Source: a virus
DNA length: 64,000 nucleotides
IMG/VR virus record: IMGVR_UViG_3300030102_006903
Location: 1-64,000 of that record
Reading direction: 5' to 3' (one strand)
The position numbers and the translations under genes were made by a program. Below, piece after piece: positions 1 through 9,474 of this stretch. A model generated the notes under the pieces. That model did not search any database. It saw only the letters and a program-made list of their open reading frames with translations, and was not told the origin of the DNA. Every line of letters starts with the position of its first letter. Within the stretch, counting starts at the first letter, position 1.

Positions 1-1664
1 CCAATCTTTCTGATATCAATGTAGATGAATCTATCATCTGATTTTAATTTACCATCTTTCCAAGAAATAACCATCTTGTTCAACTTATCGTAATCTGCAG
101 GTTTTAGATTGTAACCCCATAATACAGTTTGTCTAACATCTTCTGGTGCAGATATAAAATATCCTAAAGTTTGATTTATATAATCTTTAGTAAAAGATTT
201 AGGTTTTACTTCTGTTGGCATAAGGTTATTATCAAACATTTTCATTGTAATATCTGGTATACCAGGTCCTTTTGCAAACTGATTGATGATTCTTTCAGTT
301 CTATCTTGTTTACCTAATTTAAGATAGTGGTCAAAACCATCTAAACCTCTTATTTCTTGCACTACCTTACCAGCATCATCTTTAACTGTGTAAAGAACCT
401 CACCTGAATAAAACTTCTTTACCCAAGATGTCTTGTTATTTCTCAGTTGCTCGGTAATCCATAATTCATATGCTTGTTCAGCATCTTTTTCATCAGGATA
501 CATTTCAACCCACTCATCTTTACAAAATTGTACTATTGCCTTCAACCTCTCATCATCATCTTTAAAGAAAGGTGTTTTAGTTAGAGAAGATGATTCAAAT
601 GTGGAATCTTGTATATCAATGTACACTCTCCACTCCATACCATTCATGTGGACTGGGTGATTTTTAAAGAAAGCCTGGTGAAGAACATTACCAGTTCTAA
701 CAGAACATATTGTAATTTTAGGTTTATCACCCATCTCTGCAGAATATACATTCTTTCTGTATTCTTCTTCAGTTACAATAATATTTCTATCCATTAAATT
801 GTTTAAACCTGGTCTTTTACCATACTCTAATTTGTTTAACCATAAATCATCACCAGAATCTGTCTTAATAGATACACCATCCTTTTGATGCATGGTTTCT
901 TGTAATTTAGTATGGGTAGTATCTGTGTAATAATACTCAGTCTTTGCTTGTAAATCATCTAAATCATTAAAAGATTTTACAAAACTTGAATCCCATTTAC
1001 CTTCACCACCTAATTTTATTGTTATCTTTTTATCTTGATTCTTAAGTTGAGTAAAATACTCTTCTTTTAAAATGTTATATAAAGATTTTACAAATCCTTC
1101 AGGTGTATGTGCAGGGTGTCTTTTGGACATCCCTGCAAAGGTCATTCTTACAAACCAACCAGAATCAGATTTGATTTTTGGGTTAGTTGGTACATCCCAT
1201 GATATTGAACGACTAACATCACCGAAAAGAGTTGCAGACATTACAACTCCACCGATAGGTTTCATTTCAATATAAATGTTGGAATAAATTTCATGAGTTG
1301 GGTCATGTTGGGTATCAAGAACCATATTCTGTAATCCTTGACCATATCTGTTATCACCCTGCTTTGTAGTAAACTCAGTTTGATTAACTTTCAAAAGATG
1401 ATTAAGAAAGGTCTGTTTCATAGAACCGATATCATCATCTTTAATTGATAAAGTAAATCCATGACCTCCTCTAAGTAAATTTACTTTAATTTGTACTTCG
1501 GACATTACATCTGTCCAAGGGATATTCTGAAGAAGTTCTCTTATCTTCTCATCCCATCGAGGATTCTTCTTGAATGCCTCTTGAGCTCGTACTTTCTCAT
1601 ACGAGTCAAATTGTAGTGATTGTTTTTGAAGAGGCAATTCTACCTCTTTAATTGCAATTTCCAT
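1..1664 (-). CDS. GHKL (Hsp90/MORC-like) ATPase-domain protein, truncated at window edge
   Basis: Missing from the ORF track because it runs off the window. Manual translation from ATG at 1664 gives MEIAIKEVEL...IRELLQN...SIKDDDIGSM...GDNRYGQGLQN, matching Bergerat-fold N, G1 and G2 boxes. Frame was open in the segments checked (1-122, 600-720). Confidence 0.65.
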   Translation of the reverse strand, partial: MEIAIKEVELPLQKQSLQFDSYEKVRAQEAFKKNPRWDEKIRELLQNIPWTDVMSEVQIKVNLLRGGHGFTLSIKDDDIGSMKQTFLNHLLKVNQTEFTTKQGDNRYGQGLQNMVLDTQHDPTHEIYSNIYIEMKPIGGVVMSATLFGDVSRSISWDVPTNPKIKSDSGWFVRMTFAGMSKRHPAHTPEGFVKSLYNILKEEYFTQLKNQDKKITIKLGGEGKWDSSFVKSFNDLDDLQAKTEYYYTDTTHTKLQETMHQKDGVSIKTDSGDDLWLNKLEYGKRPGLNNLMDRNIIVTEEEYRKNVYSAEMGDKPKITICSVRTGNVLHQAFFKNHPVHMNGMEWRVYIDIQDSTFESSSLTKTPFFKDDDERLKAIVQFCKDEWVEMYPDEKDAEQAYELWITEQLRNNKTSWVKKFYSGEVLYTVKDDAGKVVQEIRGLDGFDHYLKLGKQDRTERIINQFAKGPGIPDITMKMFDNNLMPTEVKPKSFTKDYINQTLGYFISAPEDVRQTVLWGYNLKPADYDKLNKMVISWKDGKLKSDDRFIYIDIRKI

Positions 1665-1788
1665 GTTTTTAATAGCAATGTGCTCCCCTATTTTTTCGTG
1701 CGGTTCGCGGTAACACTATCCTTACTTTGATACTTTATTGTAGTTAAGAAAATCTACAATGATGGAGCTCCATCTCAATTTTATTTTA

Positions 1789-1820
1789 CAAATATACGAA
1801 ATTATTTTTACAATTCCAAA
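1789..1820 (-). promoter_or_regulatory. Bacteroidota-type sigma70 (early) promoter
   Basis: Minus strand TTTGG...TTCGTATATTTG; TTTG-N20-TAnnTTTG matches the Bacteroidota -33/-7 consensus. Confidence 0.75.
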
Positions 1821-1938
1821 TAATTTCGTATTTTTTTTATTTTTTTATTTTAAGGTTAGAAATCAAAGGGAGGCATTTGGACTCGGTAACCTGTTATTTA
1901 TTCGCTCCCTTATCATTCAATGTAAATAATTGATAACC

Positions 1939-3156
1939 TTAAAACTGAGGAATCTCTTCCCCATTCTCTTCTTGGTTGTCCTCTACATCATTGAATAGAG
2001 GTTCACCATTTTCATCTCTTTGATACTTCTGTACCAATTGTTTGATGTAAGTTCTTTCAGAATCAACACCACCATCTTGTGAGAAGAATGGAAATATTGA
2101 AATCTCAGCGGCTTCTCCTAATTCGAAACCATCATATAGTAACCCAGCCATTTCAACTGAAGCTCTTGTGGAAACCATTGAAGTTAGTTTACCATTTTCA
2201 CTCATTGATTGAGTTCTAGTGTGGTGAGAGATTTCAGCGATTGCTTTCAAATCATCTTCGTTCACTTCTGGAAACATAAACTTAAGTAATCCAAATTCTT
2301 TAACATCATCAAGAACATCCATCTCAATAGTAACAAATCTATCAAGGATTGCTCTATCCATTACTCTCGTAGAAGTATATTCATTACCGATGTTAGCCGT
2401 TGCGATGAAGGTAACACCTTCTGCTACATTTACAATCGGAGAACCTTCCGCCTCATCTAATCTGAGGTATCTCTGTCCACCATCAAGAACAGTCATTAAA
2501 ATGTTCCACGCATCTGGATGTGCTCTTGATAACTCATCCAATAAGATTACTGCGTTTGGAGTTTTGATGGCGGTAACAAATGCTGATTCAGAGAAAAAAG
2601 TTCCTTTCTTCTGGTCAAAGTGAGTATTACCAATTAAGGTTGCTCTCGGGTCTTGAGTAGCACCTAAGTTAAAATAGAAATCTGGTCTATCTAATGCAGT
2701 AACCAAAGCCTTTGCAGCCATAGTTTTACCACAACCAGCAGGACCAGTCATCATAATGTTTTTAGCCCTAACAGCACTTCTGATTAGGTATTTCCACTTA
2801 AGTTCTTCCATTACCAACTCTTGTGGTTTTAGATTTACTGAACCTTTGTGGATAAAATCTTTAATTGCGGTGTGGTCATTCTTATCTTCGAATTGTACAC
2901 CACCTTGGTCTGTATTCATTGGGATAACTAATGCGTTGTAAACATCCATATCCACTTTTTTGAATACCTTTTTACCATTTTTCATAACATAGGCTTGAAC
3001 TGCCTTTCCTTCGTTGAAGGCGTTTTTTCTAGTAAGGGTTGTTGCACCTAGAGTACCAACTTTGTTACCCATAGTGTCGATTAGTTTCCATGTGTTACCA
3101 AATTTTTCAACTTTGTAAACTTCGTTTGGAACATAACCTGTTTTAATTTCATTCAT
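1939..3156 (-). CDS. MoxR/CbbQ/CobS-like AAA+ ATPase
   Basis: Walker A GPAGCGKT, Walker B ILLDE, ATAN sensor, DRAILDRF arginine finger; adjacent to a vWA gene. Confidence 0.9.
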   Translation of the reverse strand: MNEIKTGYVPNEVYKVEKFGNTWKLIDTMGNKVGTLGATTLTRKNAFNEGKAVQAYVMKNGKKVFKKVDMDVYNALVIPMNTDQGGVQFEDKNDHTAIKDFIHKGSVNLKPQELVMEELKWKYLIRSAVRAKNIMMTGPAGCGKTMAAKALVTALDRPDFYFNLGATQDPRATLIGNTHFDQKKGTFFSESAFVTAIKTPNAVILLDELSRAHPDAWNILMTVLDGGQRYLRLDEAEGSPIVNVAEGVTFIATANIGNEYTSTRVMDRAILDRFVTIEMDVLDDVKEFGLLKFMFPEVNEDDLKAIAEISHHTRTQSMSENGKLTSMVSTRASVEMAGLLYDGFELGEAAEISIFPFFSQDGGVDSERTYIKQLVQKYQRDENGEPLFNDVEDNQEENGEEIPQF

Positions 3157-3195
3157 AGTTTTAAGATTTATTAATTATTATTTTTATTTACATTG

Positions 3196-3227
3196 TAAAT
3201 ATACGAAAAAAAGCTGAGAAATCCAAA
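3196..3227 (-). promoter_or_regulatory. early promoter
   Basis: TTTGGATT...TTTCGTATATTTA upstream of the AAA gene. Confidence 0.75.
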
Positions 3228-3249
3228 TTTTTTCGTGTATTTTTTCATA

Positions 3250-5343
3250 TTATTTTTGTAAGAATAATTGATTCATAGTTTTTGTAATCTGATTTACATT
3301 TGTTACATCAATCATCTTGGCACCTTTACCATACATTCTTTTGAAACATCTAGCATCTGAAGAATCCTCATCAGTTTCCCAATCTGTTACAAAGTAAGCC
3401 AAAGTTTGGATTCCCATATTTTCAATCATCTTAACCATTTTGTTCGTATGTCTTTCAGCAGCATCACCACCGTAGTAGTAACCTGTACCAGGAAAGTAAG
3501 GTTGTCCATCTGATATATTTAAGAAGTAAGAATCCAAATCGTTGTTTATTGGAACAAACTCCTTCATAATAGCCTCGAAACATAATCCCTCTGGTGTGGT
3601 ACCTCTTGGATTTAATCCACCAAACATTTGTTTTACTTTAGAGAACTTATCTACTCTACTATCATATGCCATTACGATATAAGGTTTACTATCTTGAGTT
3701 AATCTAAATGTTACTTGAACATTAAGGTTTGGAATCATATCAACTGCTTTACAAATAGCAACTGTATTAACCATTGTTTTTTCCCACTTATCACCATTCA
3801 TAGATGAACTCGCATCTACTGATATGTGAAGGTTGGCCTTTTTGTAAGAATCAATCTCAGTAAATTGAAAAACATTTTCGTTTCCAAATCCTAAAGATGA
3901 AATCATTCTTCTATCAATCTTACCAACTTTTTGTCTGTTGAAAACTGTACTTCTATCTTCACCTCTAACTTGAAGTTTCTTACCTAACATAGAACCAAGT
4001 TTGATACCTTTATCAACTGAATCAAGGTATGTCATTCTTATTGGTCCATCTTCTTTACTCCAATAATTGTTGTAAGTCATTGGGAACATTTCAGATTCGA
4101 ATAGTGATTTAGTAAGTTTCTTAACTACAATACATTGAACTGATTCGTTAGAATAGTAACCTTGACTAACATCTTTACCTACTTCTTTCAATTCAGAACC
4201 ACTCTCTTCAATTGCATTTAAGTTTTTAGAATCAGTTTTTGTTATGGAAGTTTTTTGGATATCACCATCTAAAAACTTCTTTTGTCTTTGTATCTTCTTT
4301 TTAAGTAATTCTTTTTGTCTATCTGAAAGTTGTACTGAAGATGAAGATTTTGAATCATCAGTTGAAGGTTTACCACCATCCATATTATCAGGTAAATTAT
4401 CAACATTCATACCACTACCACCAGTAGGAGTTTCATCAGAACCACCCATTGGTGAAGTACCATTTAGAATATTGTTTGAAAACTCTTCGAACTCTTCATC
4501 ACTCATAGTGTTATCAGAAGAACCTTGTCCATCATCAGAAGATTCTCCACTACCTTCACCTTCACCACCTTTTTGTGGTTCAATTTTATCATCTTTGATT
4601 ACATCGTTCAAACTACCTAAGATAACTTTGAATATTTCTAATGCAACATCTAGTGTTTGTTTTGAATCCTTTAATCTACTAATATTTTTTAAATCAATTA
4701 GTTTGTATATTTTTCTTAATCCTTTTAGTTTAGAAAGTTTAGTATTTTTGTTATGAAGGTTAATGATTCTGAACATATAACTTTCAACAGTTTCTTCAGT
4801 AAATTCATCTGAAAGTAATCCTTTGTCAATAACTCTATCATTGAAATACTTATCGTACATCTTTCTATAATAACCTCTATAACCAGGTGCTGATTTGAAT
4901 ACGAAGTTATCTATTCTTCTATCCTCAACATAGTTCCAAAGATTCTTGATAATTTCTTGTGAATTGTAAATACCTTTTTTGATTGCTCCTTCAGTAATAT
5001 GAAGTGGTATCAAGTTGTATAAATCGTTAAGTAATTTGAAATCAGAAAGTTTGATGTGAGAACCTTCGTGAAGTGCAAGTCCTACTGCAACATCAAAATC
5101 TTTAGGTTCTACAATTCTACTACCAATCACAACTGTTTTACCATCGGTATAAGAATCCCCTCTCTCTTTGAACTGAACAGGTATTGATTCGTTAGTTACG
5201 ATATTAACGAAGTTAGATATCGCTCTTTTTGAAGATGCTAATTTGTATAAATCTAAGGATTTTTTTTCTGTATCAGATAGAGTATCAATTATGATATCAT
5301 CTGTTTGAAAATCATTGTACCAGTAGGAGGAGTTATATGTCAT
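3250..5343 (-). CDS. CobT-like protein: N-terminal HExxH metallopeptidase-like domain, acidic linker, C-terminal vWA domain
   Basis: LALHEGSHI and NYVEDRRID; G/S/D/E-rich linker; MIDAS DASSSM, GTTP, ISDGQP. Confidence 0.85.
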   Translation of the reverse strand: MTYNSSYWYNDFQTDDIIIDTLSDTEKKSLDLYKLASSKRAISNFVNIVTNESIPVQFKERGDSYTDGKTVVIGSRIVEPKDFDVAVGLALHEGSHIKLSDFKLLNDLYNLIPLHITEGAIKKGIYNSQEIIKNLWNYVEDRRIDNFVFKSAPGYRGYYRKMYDKYFNDRVIDKGLLSDEFTEETVESYMFRIINLHNKNTKLSKLKGLRKIYKLIDLKNISRLKDSKQTLDVALEIFKVILGSLNDVIKDDKIEPQKGGEGEGSGESSDDGQGSSDNTMSDEEFEEFSNNILNGTSPMGGSDETPTGGSGMNVDNLPDNMDGGKPSTDDSKSSSSVQLSDRQKELLKKKIQRQKKFLDGDIQKTSITKTDSKNLNAIEESGSELKEVGKDVSQGYYSNESVQCIVVKKLTKSLFESEMFPMTYNNYWSKEDGPIRMTYLDSVDKGIKLGSMLGKKLQVRGEDRSTVFNRQKVGKIDRRMISSLGFGNENVFQFTEIDSYKKANLHISVDASSSMNGDKWEKTMVNTVAICKAVDMIPNLNVQVTFRLTQDSKPYIVMAYDSRVDKFSKVKQMFGGLNPRGTTPEGLCFEAIMKEFVPINNDLDSYFLNISDGQPYFPGTGYYYGGDAAERHTNKMVKMIENMGIQTLAYFVTDWETDEDSSDARCFKRMYGKGAKMIDVTNVNQITKTMNQLFLQK

Positions 5344-5370
5344 ATTTTAAGGTTTTAATCAATTACAAAG

Positions 5371-5401
5371 CTAATATAGTAAAAAAAACAATACGAGTCA
5401 A
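5371..5401 (-). promoter_or_regulatory. early promoter (variant)
   Basis: TTGACT...TTTACTATATTAG with the same spacing as the other copies. Confidence 0.6.
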
Positions 5402-5422
5402 GTTTTTTAACAATTATTTTTT

Positions 5423-5641
5423 TTATCTGTACATTGTTACAAACGAACCGAACTTATCATCGAATACTTTGATTAGATTCTCATAATCACCACTTGTCAT
5501 TTTTTCCATTAGTGGTTTAAATGGAATATCAAATTCTCTACATAATCTCTTAGCCAAACCTAAGATTGCGAAAGCATTACCATCAGGTCCTGTCAAATCG
5601 ATTTCGATTCCTTTTCTTTTTGTTTCTTTACTTTTAATCAT
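5423..5641 (-). CDS. small conserved phage protein
   Basis: IDLTGPDGNAFAILG motif typical of phage early hypothetical proteins; has its own promoter. Confidence 0.75.
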   Translation of the reverse strand: MIKSKETKRKGIEIDLTGPDGNAFAILGLAKRLCREFDIPFKPLMEKMTSGDYENLIKVFDDKFGSFVTMYR

Positions 5642-5658
5642 ATCACTTATTTACATAG

Positions 5659-5690
5659 TAAATATACGAAAAAAAATCGAGAAATCCAAA
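5659..5690 (-). promoter_or_regulatory. early promoter
   Basis: TTTGGATT...TTTCGTATATTTA. Confidence 0.75.
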
Positions 5691-5707
5691 TTTTTTGGTA
5701 CTTTTTT

Positions 5708-5848
5708 TTAGAATTTTTTGGGAATAATCATTTCCATTATGGGTTGTCCACTTTCAATACTTTTCAATTTCCATCCTTGTTCTTCCATGGATTGAATCAT
5801 GACCTTGTTATTGTATTTTTTTGGAAATGTTTTTGTGAATCTTGTCAT
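5708..5848 (-). CDS. hypothetical 46-aa protein
   Basis: Manual translation MTRFTKTFPKKYNNKVMIQSMEEQGWKLKSIESGQPIMEMIIPKKF; ATGA overlap with the upstream cupin stop. Confidence 0.6.
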   Translation of the reverse strand: MTRFTKTFPKKYNNKVMIQSMEEQGWKLKSIESGQPIMEMIIPKKF

Positions 5849-6231
5849 AATAAATCATTAGGTGTGTTTCTGTATATTCTATATGAATCTTCATCAAAAT
5901 GTTCAGTTGATACTTCAAATATTGTTGAGTTATCTTCTAAAGCTATAAGTTGATGAGGTAATCCTCTTTTAATTAATACTGAATCTCCTACCTTAATGAT
6001 TCTACTATCATGTTTTCCATCTTCTACATCAATCCAATTGAATTGGAATGAACCTGATTGTACATACCAAGTTTCCTTCTTCTTTAAATGATAGTGCATA
6101 GAAAAATATGAACCTTCTTTTGGAAATACTAATAATTTTCCGCAATAATCTTCATCATTGTGTATCCAAAGTTCATGACCCCATATTTTATCTACTTTTT
6201 TGGGTGGTTTAATATCTACTGGTATTATCAT
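5845..6231 (-). CDS. cupin-domain protein (mannose-6-phosphate isomerase type II C-terminal-like)
   Basis: KIWGHELWIHN, SMHYHLKKKETWYV, PHQL, FEVST cupin motifs. Confidence 0.8.
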   Translation of the reverse strand: MIIPVDIKPPKKVDKIWGHELWIHNDEDYCGKLLVFPKEGSYFSMHYHLKKKETWYVQSGSFQFNWIDVEDGKHDSRIIKVGDSVLIKRGLPHQLIALEDNSTIFEVSTEHFDEDSYRIYRNTPNDLL

Positions 6232-6234
6232 ATT

Positions 6235-6396
6235 TTATTCGTAATCTACTCCATAACCGTTTTCTTGTCTATCAAGTTGGTTATAGATATCATCTAATTC
6301 ACTTATAATTTCATCGACTAGATTCCAATCTTGTTCTTCTTTGGCATCCTCTAATTGAGTAATAATTCTGCCTATCTCTTCCGATAAATTGCTCAT
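6235..6396 (-). CDS. hypothetical acidic helical 53-aa protein
   Basis: Manual translation MSNLSEEIGRIITQLEDAKEEQDWNLVDEIISELDDIYNQLDRQENGYGVDYE; fills the intergenic gap. Confidence 0.65.
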   Translation of the reverse strand: MSNLSEEIGRIITQLEDAKEEQDWNLVDEIISELDDIYNQLDRQENGYGVDYE

Positions 6397-6433
6397 AAAA
6401 ATTGTAAGTTTTATAGAATTAAATATAACATTT

Positions 6434-7444
6434 TTAAAAAAGTGTATTCTTATCTATAAATTTTGTTATTGATTCACTTATCTTCTTATGAGCATGTAAT
6501 GAGGGATGAAAATTTTGTGTTTTAGGGAAATCATCATTTATTTTTGAACTTTTTAATGTTTTTTCCCAACTAGTCCACTTTTTATAATACTTTCCATCAT
6601 CACCTTTCAGAGGGATTAGTTTCTGAAAGTAATAATCGTTTTCAAAAAGATACTTAGATGATTGTTCATCCCAACTATCTATAAAGTAAATTGGTGCTAT
6701 ATCTTTTTCAATTTGTTTTATTTTATCAATAATTAATTCCAAACCTTCTCTAACCATTTTTGGAATTTCCTTCTCCAACAAATCTATTAACTTCGTTGCT
6801 TCATTGTAGTAATTGTGTGAATCTAATTTCTTAAATTTTTCATAATCAAAACTTGGAATTACTTTTTTTGCAAATATCTTAAATAATTTTATGGTATCAT
6901 CATCTGCTGGTTCATTTATATATCTTAGATGATGTAAAACCATACTCATTGGTTTCCAAGTTGTACTATAACAAGTATCACACTTACATTTATAATTAAA
7001 ATGGATAGGGTCTCTATCAAAACAACTAAATTGTATGATAATGGCTTTTATATTTGGTTTAGATAATAAAAATTCATAAGTATTATCATCTAACCAATCA
7101 TTTGAATCATATCTCAAACCCTTACTAAACCATGATTTCATTTTATCTGGTTCTTTATGATTTAAAATAGAATCAATTGAGTCAATGAAACGAAGTGCAG
7201 ATGCAAAACAACCACCATTTTTATGATGAATAATAGGTTTGATATTGTAGTATTTACCAACTAAACCACCAAAGTTGTTTTCTAATCGGAAGTTTGTTCC
7301 CTCATTATCAACAACGCCATCATGGTAGAGTTCTTTATCATGAGTTACATGATTTCTTTGTTCAATCCATTTATCGGTTTTTGTATATAGTTCTAACCCT
7401 TCACCAAAGGTGTATGAGCAACCTCCAAATATAATACCTTGCAT
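6434..7444 (-). CDS. SGNH/GDSL-hydrolase-like protein
   Basis: N-terminal GGCSYTFGEG and C-terminal NFHPSLHAH (block I and block V-like). Confidence 0.6.
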   Translation of the reverse strand: MQGIIFGGCSYTFGEGLELYTKTDKWIEQRNHVTHDKELYHDGVVDNEGTNFRLENNFGGLVGKYYNIKPIIHHKNGGCFASALRFIDSIDSILNHKEPDKMKSWFSKGLRYDSNDWLDDNTYEFLLSKPNIKAIIIQFSCFDRDPIHFNYKCKCDTCYSTTWKPMSMVLHHLRYINEPADDDTIKLFKIFAKKVIPSFDYEKFKKLDSHNYYNEATKLIDLLEKEIPKMVREGLELIIDKIKQIEKDIAPIYFIDSWDEQSSKYLFENDYYFQKLIPLKGDDGKYYKKWTSWEKTLKSSKINDDFPKTQNFHPSLHAHKKISESITKFIDKNTLF

Positions 7445-7455
7445 TGTTCTGATTT

Positions 7456-7593
7456 TTATCTGCCTTGTCCGCGATACTTCTTCTTGTAATTTCTTGATGT
7501 CTTACTATTAGAAGTTTTTGACTTAGCATGAACCCCAGGTCTTTTCTTTTTTGGTTTATACCAAACAGAATTGATACCAAATCCTCTTGCCAT
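7456..7593 (-). CDS. small basic protein ending KKYRGQGR
   Basis: Manual translation MARGFGINSVWYKPKKKRPGVHAKSKTSNSKTSRNYKKKYRGQGR; the YRGQG C-terminus recurs in T4-like phages. Confidence 0.7.
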   Translation of the reverse strand: MARGFGINSVWYKPKKKRPGVHAKSKTSNSKTSRNYKKKYRGQGR

Positions 7594-7596
7594 TTA

Positions 7597-8415
7597 TTAT
7601 TTAATAAGTTTTGATTTTTTTAACGCTCTTGCAGTTTCAATCCATTTAACACCAATTTTGTTATAAACTGGTTTTCTTACGAATCTATTAACTGCTTTTT
7701 GAACTTCTTTTGCGATTGGTTTGTAGACTGTGTTATCTACAATTCTAAAGTTTCCACCGAATAAGTTTTGGAATTTACCTAAATTGTTTTGAACATCTTT
7801 CCAAGATTTTTCTAATAAATCATCTGGTAAAACTCTATCTCTTTGTTTGTTTCTTTCTTGAGCTACTTCGAGTGAAGTATTAACAAATACCATGTAAGTA
7901 TCGTAACCTAGTGATTCAGCGTACTTCTTATTCTTCTTAATCTTACTGTAAACATGACCAGTACCATCGATAATCATACCTAATCTACCTGCTTCATAAA
8001 ACTTCTTTTGTTTTGCGGTAAGTTTTTTTGCTTTATCTCTAATACCACCTGGTGTTGCAGTAATTTTATCCCATAGTTCTGGTTCTTCTCTTTCGATTCT
8101 TGCCAAATCTTTTGGGTCAATACCATTCTTTTTTAATCCAGCTTCAAATGCTGAATCTGAATTAACTGATTTAAGACCTGATGCTGCAAATGATGATTTG
8201 AGTTTTTTATCAATACCGAAGATTTCCATGGCAGTAAATGATTTACCAGAGCCAGGTCCACCTGCCATGAAAACACACTTTAGTATACCAGGGTCATCTA
8301 CTCCTTCTAATATTAGTTGTTCTAATATAGATTCTTTGACAGACATCATTTCTGATTCCATGTCAAACATAGTATCTAAGACCACTGCTTCGGTGATTAA
8401 GGTTCTTAAACTCAA
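7597..8415 (-). CDS. zeta-toxin-like P-loop kinase
   Basis: MAGGPGSGKS, VNSD, IIDGTG, MVFVNTSLEVAQERNKQRDR; AAGGAG SD before the TTG start. Confidence 0.8.
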   Translation of the reverse strand: MSLRTLITEAVVLDTMFDMESEMMSVKESILEQLILEGVDDPGILKCVFMAGGPGSGKSFTAMEIFGIDKKLKSSFAASGLKSVNSDSAFEAGLKKNGIDPKDLARIEREEPELWDKITATPGGIRDKAKKLTAKQKKFYEAGRLGMIIDGTGHVYSKIKKNKKYAESLGYDTYMVFVNTSLEVAQERNKQRDRVLPDDLLEKSWKDVQNNLGKFQNLFGGNFRIVDNTVYKPIAKEVQKAVNRFVRKPVYNKIGVKWIETARALKKSKLIK

Positions 8416-8428
8416 TTGTACTCCTTAT

Positions 8429-8731
8429 TTATTTCTTTGCTCTTGGTTTTCTACCTTTTCTTGGTTTACCTTTTACTGCTTTTACAACATCTTTAGATTG
8501 TTTACCAACCTCTTTGATTGCATCAGCAACATCACCAAGTTCTTCTTTTACTCTTTTTGCTCTTTTCTTTACAGTTTTCACAACTTCTTTTGCGTCTTCT
8601 ACTGCATCTTCGATTTCATCAGGAATAAAATCCCCATCTCTATCGTTGATTTTACCTTTTTTGTAAAATCCGAAATAATATACTCCTGCACCAACTGCAA
8701 GAATAGCTAAAATAATTAAAATTGTTTGCAT
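8429..8731 (-). CDS. membrane-anchored protein with DxDGDxIPD motif and basic tail
   Basis: N-terminal hydrophobic helix, DRDGDFIPDE, Lys/Arg-rich C-terminus. Confidence 0.7.
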   Translation of the reverse strand: MQTILIILAILAVGAGVYYFGFYKKGKINDRDGDFIPDEIEDAVEDAKEVVKTVKKRAKRVKEELGDVADAIKEVGKQSKDVVKAVKGKPRKGRKPRAKK

Positions 8732-8769
8732 AATAATTCCTATTTTTGATTAATTGTATTTCTACTTAC

Positions 8770-8777
8770 TATAAATA
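8770..8777 (-). promoter_or_regulatory. putative late-promoter motif TATTTATA
   Basis: Recurrent TA(T/C)TTATA just upstream of minus-strand starts. Confidence 0.55.
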
Positions 8778-8918
8778 TAGTGTTATTAAATAAACATTTG
8801 TACATCATCATTACTTTCATAGTCATTATCACACTTTTTAATAATGCCTGAATTAGGAAACCAAACTCCTAATATAAAAATAATTGATAAAAATGCTGTC
8901 TTTAATATTTTGACAAGT

Positions 8919-9185
8919 TTATTCTTCGCCATACAAACTCCATTTTTTTTCTGGTTCTGGTTCAACAATTTTTTCCTCCGTATCTACTATGTAGACGAAT
9001 CCTTCTCTTGCATCCATATAAAACTGAGTATTACCTTTAGATTGATATATAAATTCAAGGACATCAGTTAGTGAATCCAAAACCACAGTTGAGTTTGATA
9101 AGGGAGTCCACCTATCTCCAGGTGGAACTCTCTTCGCTACTTTTGTTTTAACTTCTTCTTGTACTATTTCAGGTTTCTTTACCAT
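8919..9185 (-). CDS. hypothetical protein
   Basis: 88-aa ORF translationally coupled to the upstream gene. Confidence 0.7.
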   Translation of the reverse strand: MVKKPEIVQEEVKTKVAKRVPPGDRWTPLSNSTVVLDSLTDVLEFIYQSKGNTQFYMDAREGFVYIVDTEEKIVEPEPEKKWSLYGEE

Positions 9186-9397
9186 TACCCAATAACTCTC
9201 AATATTCTGCTTTCCTTAGCACCACTCACTTTGTAATCGATTTGTACTCCTGAATCTTCGAAGTCTTTTACAACTCTTGATTCTGCTTCTGTAACTGATT
9301 GTGCATCTACTAAATAGATTTCTTTTGCTTTTTTATCTTTGCCATTTTTAAGTGTAGCAACAACCACTTCTACTGTAACTTCAAAAAATTTACTCAT
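9185..9397 (-). CDS. DUF4494-like protein (Bacteroidota family)
   Basis: FFEVTV...KKAKEIYLVDAQSVTEAESRV matches my recollection of DUF4494. Confidence 0.75.
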   Translation of the reverse strand: MSKFFEVTVEVVVATLKNGKDKKAKEIYLVDAQSVTEAESRVVKDFEDSGVQIDYKVSGAKESRILRVIG

Positions 9398-9436
9398 AAT
9401 TTTAGTTTTATATTTATATATATTTATTTGTATCTA

Positions 9437-9468
9437 CAAAGATACAAAAATTTTACGAATTTTCCAAA
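9437..9468 (-). promoter_or_regulatory. early promoter
   Basis: TTTGG...TTTGTATCTTTG, a perfect TAnnTTTG. Confidence 0.75.
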
Positions 9469-9474
9469 TTTTTT

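Noticed and set aside
7597-8415. Zeta/epsilon toxin-antitoxin pair
   Set aside because: No epsilon-like antitoxin adjacent; the upstream gene is a membrane protein.
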